DNA of 63,707 nucleotides, taken from the NCBI GenBank assembly GCA_028534125.1, contig CM052828.1, positions 38,564,294 through 38,628,000 of the forward strand, in the 5' to 3' direction. The position numbers were made by a program, and so were the translations under genes. The stretch comes from Lama glama. Taxonomy: Eukaryota. This document shows positions 38,819-50,125 of the stretch, in pieces. Position 1 is the first letter of the stretch. Every line of letters starts with the position of its first letter. The notes under the pieces are model-generated. The model was not told the origin of the DNA. It saw only the letters and a program-made list of their open reading frames with translations, and ran no database searches.

Positions 38819-39444
38819 GATCTACACTAGGGAACCAAAGAGAAGCCCACAGCCCTGTATTTTTACAGAAAAGAAAACACAGAATCAGGCTCCTGGGACC
38901 AGGACCACTTCGATGCCTCAGCAGCAGGAACATGTGCTTTTCTTTCTAGGGCTTTGCTGTCGACGTGGCTCTGCTACTCCTTCATGTCTCCATCATCCCC
39001 CAGTAGCTAGGGACCGACTCTTCATACGCTAATCTGTTTTTCTGTTCCTTGCCTTGTATCTTCTGCTTACTCATAGTTTCTGCCTTTCCATCTTTCTCAT
39101 CATTTCTGCTTCCTAATGACTTGGGTTTGTCATAATCCTCAAGTTCCTCCACAGCTTTTCTCTCAGCAATCTTTCAGGTCTCAGCTCCCATGGCTGGCCT
39201 CTTTCCTATCATTACAATTCACACATCATGTCCCTAATAGAGAGAAATGAATTGGCACAACTCATCTTTGGAGGCAAGTTGATGGCATCAGCCTTTGACA
39301 GCCTGGAAATCAGCTGCCATTGGGACAGGTACACATCTTTGGGACAATGAACTACAACTGGGGACAAGAGTCATGTGATGCCTCCCGTGGCCATCTGAGA
39401 CCGTTTCTTCCCATCAAATTATAAAAACTTTTTCCTCAGAGGAT

Positions 39445-40180
39445 CCTTAAAAGATTAAAAATAGAACTACTTACTATATGATCCAAGAATTTCACTTCTG
39501 GGAATATATCCAGAGAAAATGAAAACACTAACTCAAAAAGATACCTGCACCCCACTGTCCATAGTAACATTATTTACAATAGTCAAGGCATGGAAATGAC
39601 CTAAGTGTCCATCAATGGACAAAAGGATAAAGGAATAATAAATGGAATATTATTCAGCTATAAAAATGAGGAAATTCTGCCATTCGCCACAACATGAATG
39701 GACCTTGAAGGCACTATGTTAAGTGAAATAAGGCAGAGAAAGACAAATACTATATGATCTCACTTACATATGGAATCTGAAAGAAAAAAAGGTCAAATTC
39801 ATAGAAAAAGAGATCAGACACTGTGTTTACCAGAGGTGGAGGGTGGGGATAGGGGACTTTGGGGGAAGGTGGTCAAAAGGTACAAACTTCCACTTGTAAG
39901 TAAGCACTAGGGACGTAATGTATTACAAGACAATTGTAGTTAAAACTGCTATAGGACATACAGGAAAGCTGTTAGGACAGTAAATCCTAAGAGTTCTCAT
40001 CACTAGGAAAAGACTTTTTCCCTTTTTTTTCTTTCTTTTCTTTTTATTATATCTATTGTATTTATTGAAAAGATGGATATTAGCTGAACCTATTGGGGTA
40101 ATTATTTTACAATTTATGAACCAAACCAATATGTTGTACACCTTAAATTTATACAGTGATGTATGTCAATGATTTCTCAG
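39445..40180 (+). mobile_element. L1MA-type ORF2 end and 3' UTR
   Basis: ccttaaaagattaaaaatagaactac...cctaagtgtccatcaatgga...aagtgaaataaggcagagaaagacaaatac...ttgtacaccttaaatttataca. Confidence 0.92.
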
Positions 40181-40330
40181 GAAAGAACACCTAATTTCAG
40201 GAAAGGCAAATATACAATACACTGAATCATTATGATGCATTTGGACAAGCGAAAGTAGTTGTGGAATGCTTGTCCTGAGAAATATGTCACATAGGCTTTC
40301 TCTCTTGCATACAGTTTGGCTTTTAAATCA

Positions 40331-40418
40331 TTAGGACTTTACCACTTTGGAAGACAGTTGTCTGTTCCTTAAAATTAGGACTCTACTACTTTGAAAGACA
40401 ATTGTCTGTTCCTTTAAA
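40331..40418. repeat. 44-bp tandem duplication at an L1 5' junction
   Basis: ttaggact(t/c)tac(c/t)actttg(g/a)aagaca(g/a)ttgtctgttcctt x2. Confidence 0.85.
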
Positions 40419-40990
40419 TGTTCCTTAAAATGTCTGAGCCCTTAATCCACTCCTGGACATACTCAAGGGAAATGAAAACAGCTGTCCATATCAAAACTTG
40501 TGCATAAATATTCAAAGCAGCATTATTCACAATAGTCAAGAAGTGGAAAGAAACCAAATGTCCATTAACTGATGAATGAAAAACTAAAATGTGGCAAATC
40601 TATACAATGGAATATTATTTAGCACTAAAAAGGTATGAAGTACTGACACATGCTGTAATGCCAGTGAGCCTTGAAAACTTCCGCTAAGTGAAAGAAGTCA
40701 CTCACAGAGGACCATATACTGTATGCTTCCATTTATGTGAATCTCCAGAGTAAGGCAGAGCTATAGTGACATAGATTAGTGTCTGCCTAGGCCTGGGAGT
40801 GAGATGATGAGAAATGGGAATTGACTGCTTCTGGGTGCAAGGTTTCTTTGGTGGATGATGAAAATGTTCTAAAATCGATTTTGTTGGTAGTTGCACAACT
40901 CTGTGAATATTCAAAATCCATTGAATTTTACAATTTAAAATGGCAAATAGCACAGCATGCAAATTATATCTAAATGAAGTTGTCTAAAAG
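40340..40990 (+). mobile_element. L1MB-type 3' end
   Basis: agcagcattattcacaatagtcaagaagtggaaa...gctaagtgaaagaagtca...ggatgatgaaaatgttctaaaatcgat. Confidence 0.9.
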
Positions 40991-41343
40991 TTTTATAAGT
41001 TTCCCTTAGAAGGAGCTGTGAGTACATGATGACATGCCTACAGAAGAGGAAGACAGCGTTGGCAGAAAAGGGAGCAGCCGCGGACAGGATGACTAGAGTA
41101 GAGCTCTCTCTGCCCGCCTTTGTGGAGAGAACAGTTGGCACCATCAACAGCCGTAGCACAGACCACCTCTGACCTGTACTCAGTCACTACTGGGGACAGA
41201 GAAGGCTTGGAAGTTGCATTGGTTACAAAAATGATAAAGACTGAGTCGGAGATGATGACGTTATTCACAGTGTTGTTATGAACAGTGTAAACAGTACCCA
41301 CAGTGTTCCTAGTACTGTCAGGAGCCCTATTTTATTCTTCCAG

Positions 41344-41446
41344 TCGATTAGAAAGCCTTCAGAAATACTTACAATCTTTGCAGAAGAAGGTGTTTGACCA
41401 GGAATTGCCCAAATTCTGGTGCAAATACAGCGACACCGTAGACTAG
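41344..41446 (+). CDS. Candidate terminal coding exon: (H)RLESLQKYLQSLQKKVFDQELPKFWCKYSDTVD*
   Basis: Acceptor ccctattttattcttccag|T, 33 open codons then TAG at 41444-41446, helical protein-like sequence, AATAAA 147 nt downstream. Confidence 0.45.
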
Positions 41447-41592
41447 CTGCCCCCTCTTGATTTTAGCAGCTTGATAACAGGGAAAATGGCAATGAGACAT
41501 TTAAATGATCTCAGTCAGATCAATATGGCCCTTAAAGATCACTCCTCGCTTGGGAAATATTGCTGATCTGAACTGTGGCAAGGGCATCGCTG

Positions 41593-41598
41593 AATAAA
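41593..41598 (+). terminator. Candidate poly(A) signal of the plus-strand gene
   Basis: AATAAA followed about 20 nt later by GT-rich ggttggtatggagtg. Confidence 0.4.
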
Positions 41599-41629
41599 CA
41601 GATTTTATAGCCACCAGGTTGGTATGGAG

Positions 41630-42245
41630 TGCACTGTCCAAAATAGTAGCCACTCGTTATATGTAGCTGTTTACATTTAAAGGCACTTAAATTAAGGGTT
41701 TTTTTTATTGAAGTATATAGTCAGATTATAATGTTATGTCAATTTCTGGTATTGAGTATAATATTTCAGTCATATATATATAAACATACATTTACTTTCA
41801 TGTGCTTTTTCATTATAAGTTACTACAAGATATTGAGTATAGTTCCCTATGCTATACAGAAGAAACTAGTTGTTTATCTATTTTATATATAGTAGTTATT
41901 ATCTGCAAATCTTGAACTCTTAATTTATCCCTTCCCACCTCCATCACCCCCCTGGTGACCATAAGTTTGTCATTCTAAGTGAAGAAATCCAGAGAGAAAA
42001 GAAAATACCATATGATATCACTCATACGTGGAATCTAAAAAAAAAGACACAAATGAACTTATTTACAAAACAGAAACAGACTCACAAACATAGAAAATAA
42101 ACCTATGGTTAAATGCATGGAAATTAAGTTTTAAATTTAGTTTTCAATCACATTTCTTGTCCTCAATAGCTACATGTGACCAATGGCTACCATATAGTCT
42201 AGCCCAGATGTAGAACATCTCCATCATCACAGAAAGCTCTGTGAG
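41630..42245. mobile_element. hAT MITE MER3-like, interrupted by L1
   Basis: gcactgtccaaaatagtagccact...atagctacatgtgaccaatggctacc...tagaacatctccatcatcacagaaagctct. Confidence 0.75.
41697..42108 (-). mobile_element. L1 3' end with 5' inversion (twin priming)
   Basis: 41697-41970 antisense (poly-T first), 41971-42108 sense; degenerate 20-bp TSD ttaaaggcacttaaattaag / ttaaatgcatggaaattaag. Confidence 0.85.
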
Positions 42246-43860
42246 AATGACATGCTCACTGTGATATTCAGGATGAAGGGAACAGGAACACAGTCTTACT
42301 AGAGCTTTCCTTACAGAAAAATGACCTTAAAGATTTCTAGGAAGATACTTGTGAGAAAAAGAATATATGAGTCCCTTGCCTCAGATACTGAATTTTTAAA
42401 GTTGACCCATTTCTAAGAAAGTGAATTGAATACACCGTAAAATATGGCCAAAGCACCAGAGCATGAAGTCACCCTTGCAGTGCCCAGTGCAGCCCCATTA
42501 TATCATGGGAAACCTGTGCCCAGAACCTGCTGCACAAGTTGGGTGTGTAATTCAGCAAAACCCTTACAGACGCCACAAAAATGAGAAAATTGGTGATTTT
42601 CCATAAAAAATCCTCTGTGAGTCTCTGAGAAAGATTTCTGAGAGCTGACTAAAACATACAGCTATGATGAGGAGTGGCAAGTTTGAGGAAGGAAAACCAT
42701 GGAATTTGAGTTTACGAACTCTTCTCTCAAAGGCAGCCATGTTCTCAACATGATACAGAGGATTCCTACCCAGGTGTCAGGAGCTCTTAGAAACTTACTA
42801 AGCCGGCCAAAGAGAAAAGGCTAGCAATATTACAGGAAATGGGACAAGGAAGAGGACTTGAAGTCCTCAAACTGGAAGTTGGAGAGCTTCTGGGCTGACA
42901 GCATTCAACACCGACAATTACAAGAACAGTTACCATAGGACCCGCTTCCTGACCAGGTCAGAAGAGATGGAGGGAGATGGGGCACCACACGTCCTCACAT
43001 ATTTTTTGTAGTTTATTCAACAATACAATGAGTCACTTCCTTTTATTTTTTTAACCTCATAATGGAAAAACTAATTAATATCATTACAGACTCACATATA
43101 TTTAGTTTAACCTTTTCCTTGTATGTTTATCAATCAAATTCTTTTAACCTCTTGGGTTGGAAACTGGGTGGCCAATGGTAGAGTCCCTAATTAGTGTGTA
43201 CATACAATCCCATCTGCCTTAATGGCTCTGGTTTGTGTAGTTGTTCAGAAGTAATAATTAACCCTTTCACTCACAAAAGTCCTACTCTGGACAACAAACA
43301 TTCAGTTCTCCACCTATAGTGCTATTCTCTAAGTGTGTTCCAACACACCAAGGGCACAATACGCTGTTTTCCAGCGGCTGATGGTTTGAGTGCCACTTTC
43401 CATCTCAGCAAACATCACATCGGGTGGAAGACATTACTTCACCAAGTTGGCACTGCTGACCATTTTCGAAACTATTTCATTTTGATGCCTTTTTTTAACC
43501 TCTCTGTATTTCTCAAATTCAATTTTAGTGTCAGTTTTGCTTAATACAGTTTTCTTCCTGTCCTTCACTCTTCAAGAATTTTTTCCATTGACTTTCTATT
43601 TCTTACCTCTGTTGTCTATTTCTCTACATTTTCTGTAATGTGTGCCTTCTATTTGTGGTTTCCTTTCTTCCCACATTCAATTTGTCTGTCGCGTTTTAAA
43701 TGTTTTTTTTTTTTTTTAGTAAATGATAGCATTTCACAAACATCCACTGGTAGACTGTATAAATCTAATAACTGAACTTTTTATTCTACCACAACTATAT
43801 TATATGGAACTTTAGTCTGATAGGTTAAAACTTCTAGTGCCTTTAAAACTGTCCAAAAAG

Positions 43861-44075
43861 CAGTAATCTGCTGGTAAATGTGTACCAACCAGTTTGGTTG
43901 GGGAGGGGAGGGGTGTAGATGGGGGAACTCCTGGATTTGTAGCATTGCTAATTTCCGTGCTGTAAACACCCACACTATGGACAACTTCAAGCTACCAACA
44001 TGACCTCAACCAATTTATGAAAATTTAATGATTGGCCCTGATGAGCCAATACAAGCCAGCTCCAGCAAACCACTG
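43861..44075 (-). mobile_element. hAT-Blackjack MITE (MER63-like)
   Basis: cagtaatctgctggtaaatg...gatttgtagcattgctaatttcc...gagccaatacaagccagctccagcaaaccactg, with terminal inverted repeats. Confidence 0.75.
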
Positions 44076-45074
44076 CAAAAGCCTTTGTAGAGATACAGAA
44101 GATTAAAGTTCTGGGTGGCAAAAATCACATAATAAAAATTTATTCTAATTATTTGAACTCTGTGTTTTCATTAAAGGAAAATAAGAGTACATTGAAAATA
44201 ACCTTATAGATGAAAAAATAACAGATAAGTTTCTATTTGGTAACTGAAAATTCAGGAGAGGCTATTTCTGGTGCATAAAAGTGCAAGGTGAACTTACATG
44301 ACTATCCTCCCAAAGACTCTTTCAAATCCCAAGAACATTCTTATGCAGTTAGGACTCCAGGCTCCATGACCGCCACACCACAGCAAATCCATGGGCCAGA
44401 AAACTGCCTCGAGCTGGAACTGAGCCCCAGGGCAGAAAGTGAAAAAGTCAGATGCTATCAGAGCTATAGATCACTTTACTAGAGACTGAAGGTCCTCTGG
44501 CATTCAGCAAGGTTATAAGGCTGCCTCTTCTCTGCTCTGGGAGATTTCAGAAGGCCTAAAGGTTACATTTGGTATCAGTGCTTTTTTTTTTCCTTCTTTT
44601 TTTACAGATCCAAGCACTATTTGTATGAAAAGCCAATTTATAGCTCTATTTGTTCCTAGTGGCATAATACATAATAGAGACTAAAGTAGGTTAGAGGTGG
44701 GGAAAGACTTTTGAGGAATTAAATAGTCAAAGCACCACTCACATCAATTCAAATGCTTTCATCAGTGTAAGAGAATCTGCACAGAATGCACAAGATAGAG
44801 ACACCCAGTGAAGGGTGAAATAAATATTTTCTAGAGAACATTCTGCAGCCAACACAATGTTACCTCTGAACTTGAATTATTTGGCCTGGGGGAAAAACCT
44901 AAAGGCTGAAGATTTACTGACCCTAAATTTATTAACATAAATGTCTTTGAACACATTAGCCATATATATATCATTGTCGACTTTTTAAAAACTTGTATGC
45001 TAAACTTTATAGATAACAGATTAAAAATGAAATAGACTCTGCTTAGACTTATAAATTGATGAATCATTTCTATA

Positions 45075-45300
45075 AATGGCTCATATTTATTAGGTTAGGC
45101 ACTGTGCTAAAAGCTCTCCATAAACTATTTTATTTAACCTATTAAGAACCCTAGGAAGTAGATACTATGATCCATATTTTACAGATTAGAGAACTAAGAC
45201 TTGAGTCAGTTACTTACCCAAAGTCACACACATAGAAAAGGGCAGAATCTGAGCTGAACTCAAGAGTGACCCAGAAAGCTTACTTTTAACCATACTGCTG
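45075..45300 (-). mobile_element. MIR SINE
   Basis: gttaggcactgtgctaaa...catattttacagattagagaactaag...acttacccaaagtcacac. Confidence 0.8.
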
Positions 45301-45329
45301 CCTTGCTAAAAACATTAAAATCATCTTAC

Positions 45330-45750
45330 CCTTTTTGACCCACTCATCCCACTGCTACAAACCTCTATGTCACAGGCAGGCAAAATGTAGCAAACAAAAA
45401 TTGGAAACAATGTAAATGTTCATTAACTGAAGATGTTAAATGACCTGTTCATACAATAGAATATTTTTCAGTCAAAAAATGGTATTTATCAAGAACATTT
45501 CAAGAGATGAGAAACTTGTCATATAATATTAAGAAAAAATCAGATTATAAAGCAAGATAGTGTTTCACTACATAAATAAATACAAATGTGGATGGGGAGA
45601 GCGAAAAGAAAAACAGCAATATGTTATCTCTGATGATCTCTGTGGGTTAGGACTACAGACTTTTTTTACTTTTCCTTTTGCATCTTATTTTTCATTTTTA
45701 ATGATGCATACATATCATTTTTATAGTGAGAAAAGAGTCATTTTTAAATT
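45330..45750 (+). mobile_element. Old L1 (L1ME-like) fragments
   Basis: tttgacccactcatcccactgct...ttggaaacaatgtaaatgttcatta...tacaatagaatat. Confidence 0.55.
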
Positions 45751-46379
45751 CAACAAAAGCATATATGTAGTTCTCATTGCCACATCTGATGAAGGAACTG
45801 CTAGCACTAAGAAGAGTCAGAGAAAAGTAACTAGAATGGTCAGAGGAATGGGTAATAAACTAGCATTATCAGATCTAGGAATTATTCAAAAAGTTCTAAA
45901 ATATGCAGGCAGGGAATGTCACAGCCAGCACAGTCCTAGCTGGGGAGCATAATGAATAGAATTCCCAGCCAGGAACAGGACAGAGACCCAGGCCAGTTCT
46001 GTGGCCAGCTCCATGGTCTTTCATCTCCTTCCTAACCAAGACCCTCTGACCATTTGACTTCCCTCTCTACCTCTACTCTCATCCCCCAGTTACTCTTTAA
46101 CTCATCATAGCCTGGTCTCTTCCCCCTAATTTCCTCCCCCAACCCCACAGCAACTGCTCTCACCACCCCCATCAATGTTCTCTTTGTTGTCAAATCCAGT
46201 AGTCACAGTCAATCCTTGTCTTATATGAATAAACGCTCAGTCACAAATGACCCAACTGACTCATTCCTTGAACATCTCTTTCCTTGAATCTTGTGAGAGA
46301 TACACTGTTGGATGTCTCCCCAGCGCACACTGCCCCACACTCACATGCACACACACTCCTTGCTAACCCACTGCCAGCT

Positions 46380-46800
46380 ATGTTCAGGTGTGGACGGCAG
46401 TATGCTCAGAGGAAGTAATCCCCTACCTCAGCCCCAAGCGATGAACCATGTTGGACCAATCAAGGAAACCTCATTCCTCCTTGTTGTAATTGATTTAGGA
46501 GTTGGTACTGGCCAATGGGACCTGAGGATAAGTTCTTCCTGATGTACAATTCTTGTCTTTAAATTTAGCTTTTGACATTTTGCCCTGTGACAGACTTTTT
46601 GTGACCATGAGAGGAAAAGCAGGAGAATCACTAGAAGCTAATGGAGAACCTGGGTATAGAGGAAATACTGAATTAATCAACCCTGGAACTACCTACCCCT
46701 AGACTATTATGTGAGATAATAAGCCCCTATTGTTTAAGCCCCTCTTGGCTAGATTAGCTTAGTTGAGTTCCTTGCACGCAAAGATTTCCTAGTTAATGCT
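46380..46800 (+). mobile_element. Old MaLR LTR (MLT1I/J-like) within L2 fragments
   Basis: ctggccaatgggacctgagg...ttatgtgagataataagcccctattgtttaagcc. Confidence 0.6.
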
Positions 46801-47008
46801 GACACACTCCTTTCCTGGCCTCTCTCCAACATCCCACCTACTCTACAGATCTTCTCTTGAATTCTACCATTTCCTGCATGCTAATGTTCTGGAAAGTTTC
46901 ACCTCTGGCCTCCTTCTCTTCTTACTTCATTCACTTTCTCTTTGAACTTTCTCTCCTCTACTTGGATAATTTCATCTATACATATTTATTTACAGTTTAC
47001 ATAAATAT

Positions 47009-47149
47009 ATACTTTTTTTTTGGTTGGGGGAGGTAATTAGGTTTACTTATTTATTTATTCTTCGAGGAGGTACTGGGGATTGAACCCAGGACCTCATGCA
47101 TTGCTAAGCATGCATGCACTCTACCACTTGAGCTATAATCTCCCCCACG
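47009..47149 (-). mobile_element. Camelid tRNA-derived SINE (vic-1 type) with perfect 17-bp TSD
   Basis: Reverse complement ggggga...tatagctcaagtggtagagtgcatgc...gaggtcctgggttcaatccccagtacctcc (A and B boxes); TSD acagtttacataaatat at 46992-47008 and 47150-47166. Confidence 0.88.
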
Positions 47150-47259
47150 ACAGTTTACATAAATATTTAGTGAAGGTCTACGATGATCCAGATCCTGTTC
47201 CATCTTCTATGCTCTGGGAATTTGCTGATGAATAAGACCACTGGGGTCCCTGGACAAGA

Positions 47260-47590
47260 GCAGGGGGAGAGGAGGGGAGGGGTGAGGAGGGGGTGAGGTT
47301 GAAGATCTGTTCGTGAGACTTAACTGTACCACAGAGTACCTACTGTTAACAATTCAATATTGTACAATTGAAAATGTGTGAAGAGGAAAGATCTTGTGCT
47401 AAGATTCTTACCACAGGGGGAAAAAAAGGAGGGGGGAGCAGAAGGAAACTTCTGATTATGGTGATGGTTTCATAGATTATGCATATCTCCAAAATCACCA
47501 AATTGTGTACATTAAATGTGTCCAGTTTTTGTGTGTGTGTGTGTATCAGTTATATCTCAATAAAGCTGTTTAAAAAAATACAAAAAAAAG
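47260..47590 (+). mobile_element. L1MA-type 3' end
   Basis: G-rich tract, tattgtacaattgaaaat...gtgatggtttca...tgtacattaaat...tctcaataaagctgtttaaaaaa. Confidence 0.8.
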
Positions 47591-47599
47591 TATTCTTTT

Positions 47600-48600
47600 T
47601 CTTTAAGATGTTCAAGTATTTTGCCTCTTTTTCTATTGGATTGTCTTTTTTATATTGATTCTAAAGAGTTTTGTTATTCTAAACACTATTCCTCTTTTTC
47701 TATTCTCAATAGCTATTTCTTAAAAATTTTGTAAAACTTCTGGTAAAGTTGTCTGGACCTAGAATGTTCTTTGTAGGATAGCTTCTTTTTTCCTTTTGAG
47801 TCAATCTGGAGGGGTTATATTTTTCTAGGAATGCATCTATATTTTCAAATGTATTAGCTTAAAGCTTTCTGAAATATAAATTTAAGGCTAAAAATTCTTC
47901 TCTGTGTACAGCTTTGATTGCATCCCAAGAGTGTTTATATATAATATCTTTATTTAGGAGTGATTCTAAATATTTTCTAATTTCTATTATGATTTCTTCT
48001 TTGACCCATGGGTATTTTAAAACCTTTTCCTTAGTTTTCATATATATTTATTTTTTTCTAGTTATCTTTGTTAGAGATTTTTAACTTAATTTCATTTGTG
48101 GTCAGAAAACATGATGTGTATGATTTTACTATTTTTAATTTGTTTAGACTTCCATTATGGCACAGGATATATCAATTTTTATAAATGATCCGTCTATTCT
48201 TAAAAAGAAGTGTATTCTTCACTTCCTGGATGTTCTATATGTGACCATTAGATCAAATTTGTTAATATGTTGCTCAAAATTTTCTCTCTCCTTATTGATT
48301 TTATTGTCAACTAGTTTTGTTACCCACTGAGAGAGATGTGTTACATCTCCCACTATGATTGCAGTTATCCCACTTCATAGTTCTGTTGATTTTGCTTTAT
48401 ACATTGGAAACTATATTATTTGGAGCATCCAACTTTAAAACCGCTACATCATTCAAGGGAACTGAGCATGTTATCTTTATCTCTAGTAATGCTTTTTTGA
48501 CTTAAAAGTCTATTTTGTAATAAATTAATATAACTGTTTCTTTGGTGAGCATTTGCCTGATTTATCTTTTTATAACCTTTTAATTCCAATCTTTCTTTAC
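47600..48600 (-). mobile_element. Old L1 ORF2 fragments (antisense)
   Basis: gatttcttctttgacccatggg...tgtggtcagaaaac...; track ORF 47859-48041 (...WVKEEIIIEIRKYLE...WDAIKAVHREEFLALN) is an L1 ORF2 remnant. Confidence 0.8.
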
Positions 48601-48919
48601 CATCTCCATTGCTTTTCAAATGATTCTACAATATTACTACCACTATAATGTTCTAATTATAGTTTTAACTTCCAAAATAAGATTATTCACTTCTCAAAAG
48701 AAACAAGAAACAAAACTGGCATTTCTGGGTTATGGTTTGTGGTTTTAAATATCATTGGTTTGCCATGGTAAACATTGTTCTTTCTCTGACGACTAGTTCT
48801 TGTTTTAACTTGAGCTCAGGGGTGCTGCTGGAAAAACATGTATGTGTGGGTGGATGCCAGGACAGGAAGAGGGAAGATGTGGCCAAGAGAGGCAGAGGTA
48901 GGTGAGCAATGCTAAGTGT

Positions 48920-49158
48920 AGAGTGGCTGTGGCAAATCCAGATGCCTACAAGGACCAAACAGATAATTTAGTCAATTACACAAGGCAGGAGAGAACTGTC
49001 TGGACTGGGGATTGCTTGCCCTTCCAAAGGCAGCTATTTGTCATCCATCAATCCTTACCCTGTTAGGATGTTACCAGATCTTTTTTAGGAGAAACCTGAA
49101 TCTAGAGTTCAGTGGGAAATCTACTGAATTTGAAAAATTTGCAACTAATTCATTTTTT
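48920..49158. mobile_element. hAT MITE (MER102-like)
   Basis: ggcaaatccagatgcctacaagg...ccagatctttt...gaatctaga...gaaatct...gcaactaattc. Confidence 0.6.
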
Positions 49159-49959
49159 TAAATGTTATGTAAGTCAAATAAATCATGTCTATTATCTACA
49201 TCACTAAATTCTTGCCTCCACTTGCAAATCCTGAAAGAGACTGCACTTAGGAAGAATGGAACATGTGGGGAAGGCCTTTCCCCAGCCCTACTTATTCTCC
49301 CAAATGGGCTAACCCACTCCTCTTTACACAGAGACATTCTGTCTGGGAAACACAACCTAATTCATGTTCGAACTCTACAGAGATGGGTTTTTGAAATCCT
49401 TGGCCTGGTCGACTGCCACAGGCAGGATGGTATGCTGGTCATCCCTAGATGCAGAGATGGAAAATGGTAGGAAGCAAGAATGGGGCTCACACATGAACTG
49501 ATACCAAAAAGTTGCTAACAAAACAAAATTCAAAACTTTATCCAGGGCCCTTGTTGGCAGCCCTATGCCAACACCCACATTTGAACTAATCTCACTAACC
49601 TCAGCCCAGCTTAGTCCAGTCAGAGAAAAAATATGGAAAAAAGAAGGAAAGAAAAGACAAGATGTCCCCTCAGAACTAATGTGTATATATACATATAAAT
49701 AAATAAATAAATATATATATATATATATATATAGGCATATGCACATATAAAATCCTTAATTCTTCTGTTCACTTAATATTCAAAATAATAAAATATTTAT
49801 GCAATATCTCCAGGGAACTTTTAGAATCTACACTACCACCCAGAAGAGACGCTTCAATGACTGGCTGAACAAGGTGCTCTTTCCAAAGAAAAAAAAGGAA
49901 AAAGACCGAGTCCCTACTACACATATCACTTTTAGCTGCTTATTTATACATTATTTTAT

Positions 49960-50125
49960 GTAGTACTTAAAACAAATCTGTGCAGTACTTCCATTTTATA
50001 GTGAGAAAACTGAAGCACAGAAGAGATACGTGGCTTAGCAAGGTCACAGATTTAATAACAATTAGTTACCAGGATTCAAAACCAGGTCTCCTGTGTGGAA
50101 ATCCTGTGTTATCCGCTCTATTACA
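49960..50125 (-). mobile_element. MIR SINE
   Basis: ccattttatagtgagaaaactgaagcacag...aaggtcacag...aggattcaaaaccaggtct. Confidence 0.75.

Noticed and set aside
41396-41443. Resemblance of DQELPKFWCKYSD to an OAS1 (QQLCIYWTKYYD) or Mab-21 C-terminal segment
   Set aside because: Too short; flanking residues and the stop position do not fit; no nucleotidyltransferase motifs seen.
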